A stretch of 47,887 nt of DNA from Candidatus Adlerbacteria bacterium (GCA_903824155.1 CAIJVL010000035.1:1-47887); one strand, 5' to 3'; counted from the stretch's first letter, positions 36,355 to 46,081 are shown. Numbers and translations: made by a program. Notes: a model not told the origin generated them from the letters alone.

Positions 36355-37086
36355 CTATTTCTTTTTTGAAAACTCTTTTACAATTTCCGCTTCGTCTTCT
36401 TGCGAGAGCGCTTTTTTGAAGCGGGCGGCTTTGCCGCGCACGCGCGCTTCGCACTCAGCCCAGGTTTTGTGTTTAACAATGACGCCGCCGACGACGCTCA
36501 CGTACGAGTATGCTTTAAGTTTTGAGCGCGCTTTGGTATCCGATTTTACTTTTACTAATGTTTTATCAAAATTGATATTTGTCACATCAATTAAGTAGCC
36601 GTTTATTGGGCCGACATACAGATCTACGTTTTTGCCCAACGCCAAGTCCGACGCGATGCTGTCTACCCTTTCATTCCCTTCTATCCCCACGTGCCCGCCA
36701 ACATACTCCCAGTTAATTACTGAATCAAAATTCTCAACCGCTTTAACGAGCGGCTCCCACAACTCTTTATTTAACACCGGCTTCTTTTCTTGCGTAAGCC
36801 AGCCGTTGCGCTGCCAGCCCTTTACCCATTTGGTAATCCCGTTGATGACATACGAAGAGTCAGTGTATATGGTTACTTCGCCATTGCTTATCATGCGCGC
36901 TTCCTGCAAAGCTTCCATTGCGGCGCGCAACTCCATGCGGTTGTTGGTGGTGTGCGCTTCAAACCCGCCAAGCTCTTGCACGTGCTTGCCGGCCGCAATA
37001 ATAGCGCCCCACCCACCCGGGCCTGGGTTGCCCTTGCTTGCGCCGTCGCAAAAAATTACTATGGATTCTTTTTGTATTTCTTTCAT
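36355..37086 (-). CDS. rnhA: Ribonuclease HI with C-terminal hybrid-binding (viroplasmin-like) domain
   Basis: DGASKGNPGPGGWG, TTNNRMEL, TDSSY, GNERVD; C-terminal TWAECEARVRG..ARFKK. Confidence 0.95.
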   Translation of the reverse strand: MKEIQKESIVIFCDGASKGNPGPGGWGAIIAAGKHVQELGGFEAHTTNNRMELRAAMEALQEARMISNGEVTIYTDSSYVINGITKWVKGWQRNGWLTQEKKPVLNKELWEPLVKAVENFDSVINWEYVGGHVGIEGNERVDSIASDLALGKNVDLYVGPINGYLIDVTNINFDKTLVKVKSDTKARSKLKAYSYVSVVGGVIVKHKTWAECEARVRGKAARFKKALSQEDEAEIVKEFSKKK

Positions 37087-37114
37087 ATCTTCTTTTATAT
37101 TTATTTGAGTAAAC

Positions 37115-38839
37115 TCAAATCACATCCACTATACGGATACGTGGCCCGCCGCGCCAGTCTCTTTCTATATGGCCGACGATGTCGGCTTTGTTTCCCATCT
37201 CTACTTTTTTAGTAAAATTCTCGCCCGTGGTAAAAAAGGCGATACCGGCTACCCGTGCGTTACCCTTTGCAAGCGAAAGCTCCAAGTGGTTGGCCGTCTT
37301 GCCGAACACTTTGCCGCTTGCTATGGTAACGCCAGGAAAAATAAACAAGGGTTTTTGGTTGCCGACACCAAACGGTGCAAGTTTGTCGAGCTGCTTTAAT
37401 GCAAACGATACTTCGGCTAAATCAATTGAGCGCTCTACCAAAATTTCTTCCTCGGGCATTTCTTTATTCCCCGCTGCTTCGTACGCCTCCCGCAATCGTG
37501 CGGCTAACTCATGTATCTTCTCTTCCGAAACTGAAAACCCTCCCGACGCGTGATGCCCGCCAAAATGATCAAACGCGTCTCCCGCTCCCTGCATCAGCTC
37601 GACCACATTTACGTGCCCGGATGAGCGGCACGAGCCGCGCAGCACTTCGCCGCCCTCGCGGCCCCAAAGGAAAACCGTTTTTTTGTGCGATTCAACTAGT
37701 TTGCTTGCGACCAATCCCAAAACACCCGGCCGCCAACTGGGGCTGCCCATCACAATAAGAGGGCTCTCCGAAAGTTCACTCACATTAAGTCGCTTGTTCG
37801 CTTCTTTGACGATGCCGGCAACGAGCGTTTTACGCTCATCATTTATTTTATTTAGTTGCCGCGCAAGTTCCGCGCCCTCTTCCTTTTCTGTCGCAGCCAG
37901 CATTTTGGCTGCAATAGCCGGGTTATCCATGCGCGAGGCGGCATTGATGCGCGGACTGATCATAAAACCTATATCATCCTCGGTAAGCGTCGCCGGCTTA
38001 ATTTTGAGCATTTGTAAAAGTGCCGCCAAGCCCGGCCGTCGTGCGCGACGCAAAACTTTTAAACCAAAATGCGCGAGCATCCTGTTTTCATCAACCAGCG
38101 GTACCATATCCGAGAGCGTTGCGATGCCGACCAAGTCGAGGTACCACTTTTCTTGGCCCTCATTAAAATCAGCGGGTCGATTCTTGATCAGGATTGCCTG
38201 CACCAACTTCCACGCAACACCGGCGCCGCACAAACCGTCAAACGGATATTTGCTATCGGGCCGCTTGGGATTTATTACGGCGACTGCCGGCGGAAGAACT
38301 TTCTGAACGCGAACGCCGATGCCGTCCTCGGTGGAGGGTGAGCGGGAGGAAAGTTCTTCCGCCGGCAACTGAACCAAGTGGTGATCGGTGATGATAATAT
38401 CGATGCCTTTTGTTTTTGCGTATGTAACATTTTCACCTTCGGTCGTACCCAAATCTATTGTGACAACGAGCGTAACGCCTTCAGCAGCCAACTCATCAAT
38501 GCCTTCCTTGTTTAACCCGTACCCTTCTTTGTGTCTGTGAGGTATATAGTGGCGCACCTCGAGCCCCACCGTGCGCAAAAAGTCGCTCAACATCACGCCG
38601 CCCGGTATGCCATCGCAGTCGTAGTCGCTCCATACCGAAACCTTTTCATTATTTTTGAGCGCGAGCAGTATCCGGTCGACCGCCTTTTGCATGTCGGGGA
38701 GTAAAAAAGGGTCATGGCTCTGAGCCGCGTAATCCGGTTCTAAAAACAGCCCGGCATCCTGCGGCGAAATAGCGCGGGCCATAAGTAAATCCTCAAGCAG
38801 GTCGTCGTGTAATTTCTCTCGCAAGCGGTAAACGTCCAT
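37115..38839 (-). CDS. recJ: ssDNA exonuclease RecJ
   Basis: DYDCDG, EGYGL, TDHH, SPRINAASR, GGHHASGG; start MDVYRL. Confidence 0.95.
   Translation of the reverse strand: MDVYRLREKLHDDLLEDLLMARAISPQDAGLFLEPDYAAQSHDPFLLPDMQKAVDRILLALKNNEKVSVWSDYDCDGIPGGVMLSDFLRTVGLEVRHYIPHRHKEGYGLNKEGIDELAAEGVTLVVTIDLGTTEGENVTYAKTKGIDIIITDHHLVQLPAEELSSRSPSTEDGIGVRVQKVLPPAVAVINPKRPDSKYPFDGLCGAGVAWKLVQAILIKNRPADFNEGQEKWYLDLVGIATLSDMVPLVDENRMLAHFGLKVLRRARRPGLAALLQMLKIKPATLTEDDIGFMISPRINAASRMDNPAIAAKMLAATEKEEGAELARQLNKINDERKTLVAGIVKEANKRLNVSELSESPLIVMGSPSWRPGVLGLVASKLVESHKKTVFLWGREGGEVLRGSCRSSGHVNVVELMQGAGDAFDHFGGHHASGGFSVSEEKIHELAARLREAYEAAGNKEMPEEEILVERSIDLAEVSFALKQLDKLAPFGVGNQKPLFIFPGVTIASGKVFGKTANHLELSLAKGNARVAGIAFFTTGENFTKKVEMGNKADIVGHIERDWRGGPRIRIVDVI
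38285..38367. repeat. 83-bp element with 19-bp perfect terminal inverted repeats inside recJ
   Basis: tgccggcggaagaactttc (38285-38303) / gaaagttcttccgccggca (38349-38367). Confidence 0.88.
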
Positions 38840-38858
38840 TCGAGTTAGTATATAGGGA

Positions 38859-39191
38859 ATGAAAGAAGACTGCATTTTTTGTAAAATCATCGTGGGCGAG
38901 ATACCCACGCATTTTACGTACGAGGACGAGCTGCTGGTCGCCTTCCCCGATATTAAGCCGGTCACCCCGGGGCACACCCTGCTTATACCCAAAGAGCATT
39001 ACCAGTGGTTTTACGAAGTACCCGACGCGATATCCGACACGTGGTTTAGCGCCGCCAAACAGCTTGCACAGCGGCTTAAGGCAGAGCAGAGCGCGGATTA
39101 TGTGCGCCTCTCTATAATAGGCAAAGATGTGCCGCATGCGCACATGCATTTGATACCGCAAAAACTCTCGGGCAAAAATCTAGGTGTATAA
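38859..39191 (+). CDS. HIT-family nucleotide hydrolase
   Basis: DCIFCKI, PGHTLLIPKEH, VPHAHMHLIP. Confidence 0.95.
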   Translation: MKEDCIFCKIIVGEIPTHFTYEDELLVAFPDIKPVTPGHTLLIPKEHYQWFYEVPDAISDTWFSAAKQLAQRLKAEQSADYVRLSIIGKDVPHAHMHLIPQKLSGKNLGV

Positions 39192-39239
39192 AAATAAGAG
39201 CGCCGCAGGTTTAACCTGCGGCGCGTGGTTCGTCGTGCT

Positions 39240-39440
39240 TCACATGGGTCTTGGCGGTATCAGATCTGAAATGAACATCCCGAGCTTGATGCATACGGCT
39301 GCCACAAGCACAATCAGAGCGAACGACCAAAACGCCTTTAGATTCCGACTCATTGGCGGACGGCTGTTCAATCTTCTGCGCAGTCGCCGGTCTTTGCCGG
39401 GCATACCCACGGTCCAACGACCGAGCATGGTATTAGACAT
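39240..39440 (-). CDS. Small single-TM hypothetical protein
   Basis: GGGAGG SD; basic N-terminus then TM; hairpin 39200-39226. Confidence 0.6.
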   Translation of the reverse strand: MSNTMLGRWTVGMPGKDRRLRRRLNSRPPMSRNLKAFWSFALIVLVAAVCIKLGMFISDLIPPRPM

Positions 39441-39494
39441 TTATTCCTCCCTGTTTGATGACTAAGACGATTCCACAGATATTGTACCCCGCTT

Positions 39495-40526
39495 TTAGGC
39501 TATTCGCAAGGGCTCGAGGCCGGGCAACGTGCTCTTGGTTATTAGCTCAAGCATGGCACCGCCGCCGGTCGATATGAACACGCGCGCAGGGTCAAAGTGC
39601 AGTTTAGAGAGAACTTCGGCAGTATTGCCCCCGCCAATGACCGCGTGGGCCTGAGAGTTGCCAAGCGCTGCAGCAACCGTGTCGGTGCCGGAGGCAAAAC
39701 CCTTTTCATACCAGCCCAAAGGGCCGTTCCACAATACAAACTTTTGCGTCGCGAGCAGGGTTGCCCAGTGGTGCGCCGTGTCGGGTCCAATGTCCATTAT
39801 TTTATTGTCCTGCCATATGTAGTCGGTCGGCACCAAAATGCGCGAGTCTGCTACCATTTCGGCCGGCACCGCAGTATCCGAGGCCACAGAATTTTTAATA
39901 TCCATGCCGCGCGCCTTGAGCATGTCGTTGGCAAGCGCGCCGCCAAGCAATATTTGCCCGTACGACTCAAGCAGTTTAGTTAACAGCGGTATCTTTGTTT
40001 CAAATTTGGCGCCGCCCACAATCGCCAGTGCGGGCTCTTCAGGAGCTAATGCTTTTGAAATTTCCTCCACTTCTTTTTGCACCAAAAGCCCGGCATAGGC
40101 CGGCAGCAATTTGGCAACACCAACTACCGATGCGGCTGGCCGGTGACATACCGCAAATGCATCGTTTACAAAAATATCATGGTTGCCCGCGAGCTCTTTG
40201 GCAAAAGTTTCATCGTTTGCATCTTCGCCGGCGTTAAAGCGCAGATTTTCGAGCATGTCCATATTGGAAGTATCGGTAAGCGTGCCTAGACGCGCAAACA
40301 GCGGCGCGGTACGAAGCGACTCATCAACACCGTTTGGCCTACCCCAATGAGTCATGAGAGTAATATGTGCCGCTCCTTTTTGCTTGAGCAGCTCGATGGT
40401 AGGCACGGCTGCTTTAATGCGCATATCGTCGCCCAGTATGCCGTCTTGCACCGGCACGTTAAAGTCAACGCGCATCAAAACTCTTTTGCCCGCCACATCC
40501 GCATCCGCAACATTTCTTAACTGCAT
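39495..40526 (-). CDS. pgk: Phosphoglycerate kinase (compact)
   Basis: RVDFNVP, ENLRF, VNDAF, GGAK, WNGPLG, STGGGA. Confidence 0.96.
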   Translation of the reverse strand: MQLRNVADADVAGKRVLMRVDFNVPVQDGILGDDMRIKAAVPTIELLKQKGAAHITLMTHWGRPNGVDESLRTAPLFARLGTLTDTSNMDMLENLRFNAGEDANDETFAKELAGNHDIFVNDAFAVCHRPAASVVGVAKLLPAYAGLLVQKEVEEISKALAPEEPALAIVGGAKFETKIPLLTKLLESYGQILLGGALANDMLKARGMDIKNSVASDTAVPAEMVADSRILVPTDYIWQDNKIMDIGPDTAHHWATLLATQKFVLWNGPLGWYEKGFASGTDTVAAALGNSQAHAVIGGGNTAEVLSKLHFDPARVFISTGGGAMLELITKSTLPGLEPLRIA

Positions 40527-40530
40527 GAAA

Positions 40531-41298
40531 TTATTTATGGGAAACTGATTTTAAAATCTCAATAAACGAGTCGAGCTGTGCGCTTGCATGCCCCACCAAC
40601 AAGCCCTGGACATCTCCTTCCTGAAGCAGCGTGCGCGCATTACTTGCCTCGACGGCACCGCCGTAGAGTATCGGCACCTTAAGCGCCGCACTGCGCTCCA
40701 TGTACTCGGTCAACGTTTTTTTAATAAAAATGCTCATCTCGCGCAGGTCGGGACCCTTCATCGCGTCGTCCGCACTTTTACCAATTGCCCATACCGGCTC
40801 GTACGCAATAACTAACTTACCTGTTTTAATGATCGGCAGCTTATCGAGCGCCGATGAGAGTTGCTCGGTAACAACCGACAAGTACGCGCCGGCGTGGTCT
40901 CGCTCAGTTTCGCCAATGCATAAAATAATCGAAAGGTTCTCCTCGAGCGCGCGCATCAGCTGTGCGCGCACTACGGCATTGGTTTCGCCCATGGCGCGGC
41001 GCTCGGAGTGCCCCACTATCGCAAACGTTGCGCCCGAAGCTTTTGCCATTGCCGCCGACACTTCGCCGGTGCGCTTTTCATCCAAAAATTGCGAAACGCT
41101 TTGTGCGCCCACTTTAACGGCAGAGTTTTTAAAAGCTGCGACAGTCGCCGAAAGGAGCGTAAACGGAGGAGCAATACTTACGTCAATATTTTTATATAAA
41201 GGAAGCTTGCGGCGCAGGCCGGATGCAAACTTTTTAGCCTCCTCCGCGGAGGCAAGGTACATCTTCCAATTTCCAACAATAAGAGGTTTCTTCGCCAT
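40531..41298 (-). CDS. tpiA: Triosephosphate isomerase
   Basis: GNWKM, GHSERR, AYEPVWAIG, LYGG. Confidence 0.97.
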   Translation of the reverse strand: MAKKPLIVGNWKMYLASAEEAKKFASGLRRKLPLYKNIDVSIAPPFTLLSATVAAFKNSAVKVGAQSVSQFLDEKRTGEVSAAMAKASGATFAIVGHSERRAMGETNAVVRAQLMRALEENLSIILCIGETERDHAGAYLSVVTEQLSSALDKLPIIKTGKLVIAYEPVWAIGKSADDAMKGPDLREMSIFIKKTLTEYMERSAALKVPILYGGAVEASNARTLLQEGDVQGLLVGHASAQLDSFIEILKSVSHK

Positions 41299-41318
41299 GG
41301 AGAAACTATAGCACTTTC

Positions 41319-42836
41319 CTATTCGGCCGCCATTTCTACCACCTCCTCAATGCTCACCAGCCCCTGTACCGCCTTAAAAAGAGCGTCTTCAAGCAGGCTC
41401 AGGCCCTCTAAACCGGTGGCAACTTCAAGCGTCTCTTGGATACCTGCATAACCGCGATAGCTCTCTTCACCTGTGGCCGTATAAAACTGGATATCCTTCC
41501 AGGCAGTGTGCTCATGCACGACCCCCTCCTCTTTAAGTGCCGCGAGTACCTTGGAAAACCGCACCTTACTTTCGAGCAACTCACCCTCGGCTCTTGCGAG
41601 AGGGCGTTTTGACGCGCCCGGGCCAAGACGGCGTATAAGGAGTACCGAAACTACAAGCTTTACGCTTTTCTCCAGTAAACCCCCCGTTACCTCGCATTCG
41701 GTAGTTAAAATATCGAGCGCTCCCGCCGCGCTGCGCGCCTCTAAACCGCCAAGAACAAATGCGCCGCGCTCGGCCGCAGCAAATGCCAGCGATGCCGCGC
41801 CCGCTTCATGCAGATCGCTTACCATCACCGTGTCCGGATCTTGCCGCAGCACGGCGCGCAGCGTTGCCGCTGTGCCCAGCCCCAAGTCCGGGCGCGTCAT
41901 GGTCTGATGCGCGCGCGGCAAGCGATACTCTACTTCATCTTCAACCGTTGCAACGGACCGCGAAGCTCCCGTTATGTGGTCGAGCATTGTATATAAAAGA
42001 GTGGTTTTGCCGCTGCCTCCCATGCCGGCCACTACCACCGCGCCTTGTTGCTTGTGCAGCGCTGTTTGCACCTGCTCGAGCGCTTGGCCATGGAGACCAA
42101 GTGACGAGAGCGAAAAGCCCGTTACACTTTCTGTATCATGCGAGAGGCGCATAACGAGCCGCTCGCCGCGCACCGTTGGCACTGCAGTCACTGCCACGCC
42201 AACCTCGCGTCCGTCGTGCATAAAATTAAAAGAGCCTTCCTGCACGGCCGTACTGACCGGAAACAGCTTCGCCAGCGATTTAATCCGCTCTACTATATAG
42301 CGCGACGCTCCCTCGGGAAGGCGCAGTGCCTCTCGCAGCGCGCCTTCTATGCGGTAGCGCACAACCGTGCCTGCAGCCTCGGCGTGGCTTGGCTCTATAT
42401 GCACATAGTGGGCGCCGCTGTGGAGCGCGTGTTTTAAAAGCGATTCGGCAGCCTCTTTGCCGCCCTGCACCATACCGGCAAATTTTTCTTTAAGATGCTT
42501 TTGATACAAAAGGAGTGCCTGCTTGATGGAGCCGCGGTCGGTAAGGCGCACCTGCACGCGATGCGACTGGCGCAAAAAGTCTATCAGGGGCAAATCGGCC
42601 AAATCTAAAAGAGCAACTTCAATCCCCTCTTCGCCGCGGCTGTAAGCAATAATATTAGCCGTGCGCGAAAGGGGCTCGGGGATAAGTACCAGTGAAGCAA
42701 GCGAAATATCATCGCGGCCCAAAGTTACAAAAGGAACACCAAGGCGCAGCGCTTCAGCTCGGCGCTTTTCGTCCTCGCTCATAGGCCCGCTTGCCAGCCA
42801 CCCGCGCTCCTCAACGCTGTTCATCCTTTCCGCCAT
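41319..42836 (-). CDS. GspE/PilB-family secretion ATPase-like protein (degenerate motifs)
   Basis: HIEP, VRYRIEG, GSGKTTLLY, TVEDEVEY, LRQDPD. Confidence 0.85.
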   Translation of the reverse strand: MAERMNSVEERGWLASGPMSEDEKRRAEALRLGVPFVTLGRDDISLASLVLIPEPLSRTANIIAYSRGEEGIEVALLDLADLPLIDFLRQSHRVQVRLTDRGSIKQALLLYQKHLKEKFAGMVQGGKEAAESLLKHALHSGAHYVHIEPSHAEAAGTVVRYRIEGALREALRLPEGASRYIVERIKSLAKLFPVSTAVQEGSFNFMHDGREVGVAVTAVPTVRGERLVMRLSHDTESVTGFSLSSLGLHGQALEQVQTALHKQQGAVVVAGMGGSGKTTLLYTMLDHITGASRSVATVEDEVEYRLPRAHQTMTRPDLGLGTAATLRAVLRQDPDTVMVSDLHEAGAASLAFAAAERGAFVLGGLEARSAAGALDILTTECEVTGGLLEKSVKLVVSVLLIRRLGPGASKRPLARAEGELLESKVRFSKVLAALKEEGVVHEHTAWKDIQFYTATGEESYRGYAGIQETLEVATGLEGLSLLEDALFKAVQGLVSIEEVVEMAAE

Positions 42837-42981
42837 TTGTCTCTATTATATATCGATTTTGAGGGGATTGACTTTTTGGGCCAAAAGAGTATATTTGGAG
42901 CATCTGGTAACTGCCCCGCGTGGGTGGTTTTTCTTTTTATAAGGGCCGGATTTCACTAGATATTAAATAACAAATACCACC

Positions 42982-44250
42982 ATGTTTGACCTTAAAGTAA
43001 TGAACTCAGTGCTCGGCGAGCTCGAAGAGGAGCGCGGCATACCGCGCGAGAAAGTAATCGAGGCTATCGAAGCCGCTCTTGCAACCGCCTATAAAAAAGA
43101 ATACGCAAAGCGCGGGCAGATTATCCGCGCACATATCGACCTTGGAACCGGCACGACCGAATTTCAGCAGGTTAAAGAAGTTGTTGATGAAAGCTCCGTG
43201 CGCTTTGTCGAAGAGGGCGAAGAGGAAGCCGAAGAGGTACACACGCCGTTTAATAAAAAGTACGTTGCCCCCGAGCCGGTTGACCCCAACGCTCCGGTAG
43301 AACTTCCGCGCTTTAACTCCGAGCAGCACATCCTCTTGGCCGATGCCAAGCTTATCAAGCGCGACGCTAAAGTCGGCGACGAGCTTATCTTCCCTCTTGA
43401 AATGAAGGATGACTACGGCCGCATTGCAGCCCAGACTGCCAAGCAAGTAATTATCCAAAAGATCCGCGAAGCGGAGAAGGTCTCGGTCGTTGCCGAGTTT
43501 GGCAAGCATCAGGGCGAAATCGTCTCGGGCACCGTGCAGCGCATGGAGCGCGGCAATATCTACATCGACCTTGGCCGTGCAACCGGCATCTTGCCGTACG
43601 ATGAGCAGATTCCCGGCGAGCGCTATCGCCAAGGTGAGCGCATCCGCGCGTTGCTGTACCAAGTAGAGGAGTCTCCGCGCGGCATTTACCTGCGTCTTTC
43701 TCGCGCCAACCCGCAATTCCTTGTAAAGCTTTTTGCAATGGAAGCGCCCGAAGTTGCCAACGGCACCGTGGTATTTAAAGAAGTTGCCCGCGAGGCCGGC
43801 AGCCGCTCGAAGGTTGCCGTTGCATCGACCGATGCGCACGTCGACCCTGTCGGCTCGCTCGTTGGCCAGCGCGGCGTCCGTGTATCGACCGTAACGAGCG
43901 AGCTCGGCGGCGAGAAGATAGACATCATCGAGTGGAATGAAAATACTAAGAGCTTTATCGAAGAAGCTCTCTCGCCTGCGCGCATCACTTCGGTAGAGTT
44001 GGACGAGGCTGAGCACAAGGCAACTATTAAAGTTGCCGAGGACCAGCAGTCTCTGGCCATTGGCCGCGGCGGACAAAATGTACGCCTTGCAGCAAAATTG
44101 ACCGGCTGGCGCCTCGATATCCAGTCGACCGCAGGCCCGAAAATTGCCGAAGCAACCGAAGACGGCGAAGTAAAAGTGGAGGCGGTAGAAGAGGTCAAAG
44201 AGTTGATAGAGGAAGCCGAAGCTTCTCCCGAAACTCCCGCAGCTGAGTAA
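42982..44250 (+). CDS. nusA: Transcription factor NusA
   Basis: GRIAAQTAKQ, AREAGSRSK, GEKIDII, AIGRGGQNVRLA. Confidence 0.98.
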   Translation: MFDLKVMNSVLGELEEERGIPREKVIEAIEAALATAYKKEYAKRGQIIRAHIDLGTGTTEFQQVKEVVDESSVRFVEEGEEEAEEVHTPFNKKYVAPEPVDPNAPVELPRFNSEQHILLADAKLIKRDAKVGDELIFPLEMKDDYGRIAAQTAKQVIIQKIREAEKVSVVAEFGKHQGEIVSGTVQRMERGNIYIDLGRATGILPYDEQIPGERYRQGERIRALLYQVEESPRGIYLRLSRANPQFLVKLFAMEAPEVANGTVVFKEVAREAGSRSKVAVASTDAHVDPVGSLVGQRGVRVSTVTSELGGEKIDIIEWNENTKSFIEEALSPARITSVELDEAEHKATIKVAEDQQSLAIGRGGQNVRLAAKLTGWRLDIQSTAGPKIAEATEDGEVKVEAVEEVKELIEEAEASPETPAAE

Positions 44251-44341
44251 AAAATAATTAAAAGAGAGAACCCCGAGCCCTTGTGACTCGGGTTTTTTGA
44301 TATATAGTTGAGTAGTTACTTAACCAATCTAATTTTCATAT

Positions 44342-44878
44342 ATGAACCTCTGGCACGACGTACCCTTGGGCGACAACGCTCCTAACGAAATAAACGTAAT
44401 TATTGAGATTCCTAAAGGCTCGAACAATAAATACGAGATCGACAAAGAAACGGGTTTGATAAAGCTCGACCGCGCCAACTACTCTTCAGCTTCATTCCCC
44501 TACGACTACGGCTTTGCGCCGCAGACGCTTTGGGACGATGGCGACGCGCTTGATGTAATCGTACTGACCACGTACCCGCTGCAAACCGGCATCCTTGTTG
44601 CCGTGCGCCCCGTTGCCGTGATGGAGATGATCGACTCGGGCGAATCTGATTTTAAAGTTATTGCCGTGCCTGTTGAGGACCAGCGCTGGGAGGATGTACA
44701 GGACTTGGCGGACATCAACAAACACACTATTAAAGAGTTTCAGCACTTCCTTGAGACGTACAAAGCGCTTAAAGGTAAGCCTGCTCCGGTTGAAATAAAT
44801 GCCGTTAAAGGCAAAGCCGATGCAATAGAGGCGGTTAAGAAGTCGGTTGAGATGTATAAACAAAAATTCGCGAAATAA
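44342..44878 (+). CDS. ppa: Family I inorganic pyrophosphatase
   Basis: IEIPKGS.NKYE, YGFAPQT, DGDALD, FLETYK. Confidence 0.96.
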   Translation: MNLWHDVPLGDNAPNEINVIIEIPKGSNNKYEIDKETGLIKLDRANYSSASFPYDYGFAPQTLWDDGDALDVIVLTTYPLQTGILVAVRPVAVMEMIDSGESDFKVIAVPVEDQRWEDVQDLADINKHTIKEFQHFLETYKALKGKPAPVEINAVKGKADAIEAVKKSVEMYKQKFAK

Positions 44879-44902
44879 TCACGTGTGTGATATATTCGCT
44901 CA

Positions 44903-46000
44903 ATGAAATTTGAAGAATTGGCAAAGGCTTTTGCCCTTAAGGAGCTGCCCGAAAGCGAGGTTGAGATAACCGGCGACGTACCGGCAGAGATGGTCGCCGA
45001 GTATAAAGACGCGGCTTTAATGCACATCGCCGGCGAGCTGGATTTGCCCGGCTTCCGCAAGGGCCACGTGCCGCCGGACGTAGCCGCCAAAAAGATCGGC
45101 GAGCTGGCCGTGCTCGAAGAGTCCATCGAGCTTTTTGTTAAAGACTTTTACCCCGAGCTGGTAGAGGTCAAAAAGATAGAGGCCGTCGGCCGCCCCGACA
45201 TCCGCATCACCAAGCTGGCCCCCGGCAACCCGGTGAGCCTTGTTATCCGCGCTGCGGTGTACCCGGTAGTGAATTTGCCCAAGAATTGGAAAGATATCGA
45301 AAAAGACATCAAGCTTGAAGAAGCCCTCCCTGCAACCGACGAAGAAGTGCAGCAAACAATAGACTCTTTGCTTAAGGCACGCGCCGTGCCCCCAACGCTC
45401 ACCGAGGCCGAAGTGGCCGAAGGTAAAAAGGCCGAAGCAGTATTGCCCGAGCTGACCGACGAGTTTGCCAAGTCGCTTGGCGCCTTTACCTCGGTAGAAC
45501 ATTTGAAAGAAATGATTCGCAAAGGCATCGGCGAGGAAAAAGTACGCGCCCAAAAGGATGCGCGTCGCGCCAAGATAATTGAGTCTTTACTTAAAGACAC
45601 AACCGTTGCCGTACCGGCCGTGTTTGTCGAGAGCGAGCTGGATAAGATAATGTCGCAGATGCAGGAGGACGTTGCCCGCTTTGGCATGACGTTTGAGGAC
45701 TATCTTAAGCAGTCGAGCAAGACCGAAGAGGGCGTGCGCAACGATTTTAGAGAGCAAGCGGCCAAGCGCGCCAAGCTCCAGCTAACGCTTAACAAAATAG
45801 CTACTGACGAAAAGATAGAGGCCGACAAAGAAGAGGCCGATGCCGAGATGAAGCACGCGATAGAGCACTTCCCCGACGCCAACATGGCATTGCTGCGCAT
45901 CCATATCGAAACGGTGCTGAGGAATGAAAAAACCCTCCAACTATTGGAAGGCAACCCAAACCCCAAAAACGAGCCCACAACCCACGACCACCAGCACTAG
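44903..46000 (+). CDS. tig: Trigger factor lacking the FKBP/PPIase domain
   Basis: LPGFRKGHVP signature; short linker directly to LPELTDEFAK. Confidence 0.92.
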   Translation: MKFEELAKAFALKELPESEVEITGDVPAEMVAEYKDAALMHIAGELDLPGFRKGHVPPDVAAKKIGELAVLEESIELFVKDFYPELVEVKKIEAVGRPDIRITKLAPGNPVSLVIRAAVYPVVNLPKNWKDIEKDIKLEEALPATDEEVQQTIDSLLKARAVPPTLTEAEVAEGKKAEAVLPELTDEFAKSLGAFTSVEHLKEMIRKGIGEEKVRAQKDARRAKIIESLLKDTTVAVPAVFVESELDKIMSQMQEDVARFGMTFEDYLKQSSKTEEGVRNDFREQAAKRAKLQLTLNKIATDEKIEADKEEADAEMKHAIEHFPDANMALLRIHIETVLRNEKTLQLLEGNPNPKNEPTTHDHQH

Positions 46001-46025
46001 CTAAAAAGAGCCTTATTTGAGGTAT

Positions 46026-46054
46026 TTGACATATATATCTATATATGCTATACT
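46026..46054 (+). promoter_or_regulatory. Near-consensus promoter with palindromic spacer
   Basis: TTGACA-N17-TATACT with TGc; catatata-tc-tatatatg in the spacer. Confidence 0.7.
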
Positions 46055-46081
46055 TTATATAGATAAAAACAGGGGGCGAAA

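Noticed and set aside
30804..38992. Extended N-termini in the ORF track (M50 protease 31691, rpmB 31402, recJ 38992; also rplC, rpsS, rplX, rpsH)
   Set aside because: They overlap neighbouring genes or leaders; homology begins at downstream ATGs.
43006..44198. Long antisense ORFs over nusA (likewise 27076-28128 over glmM, 1328-2062, 12711-13472, 18483-19184)
   Set aside because: Shadow frames of conserved genes with no motifs or initiation signals.
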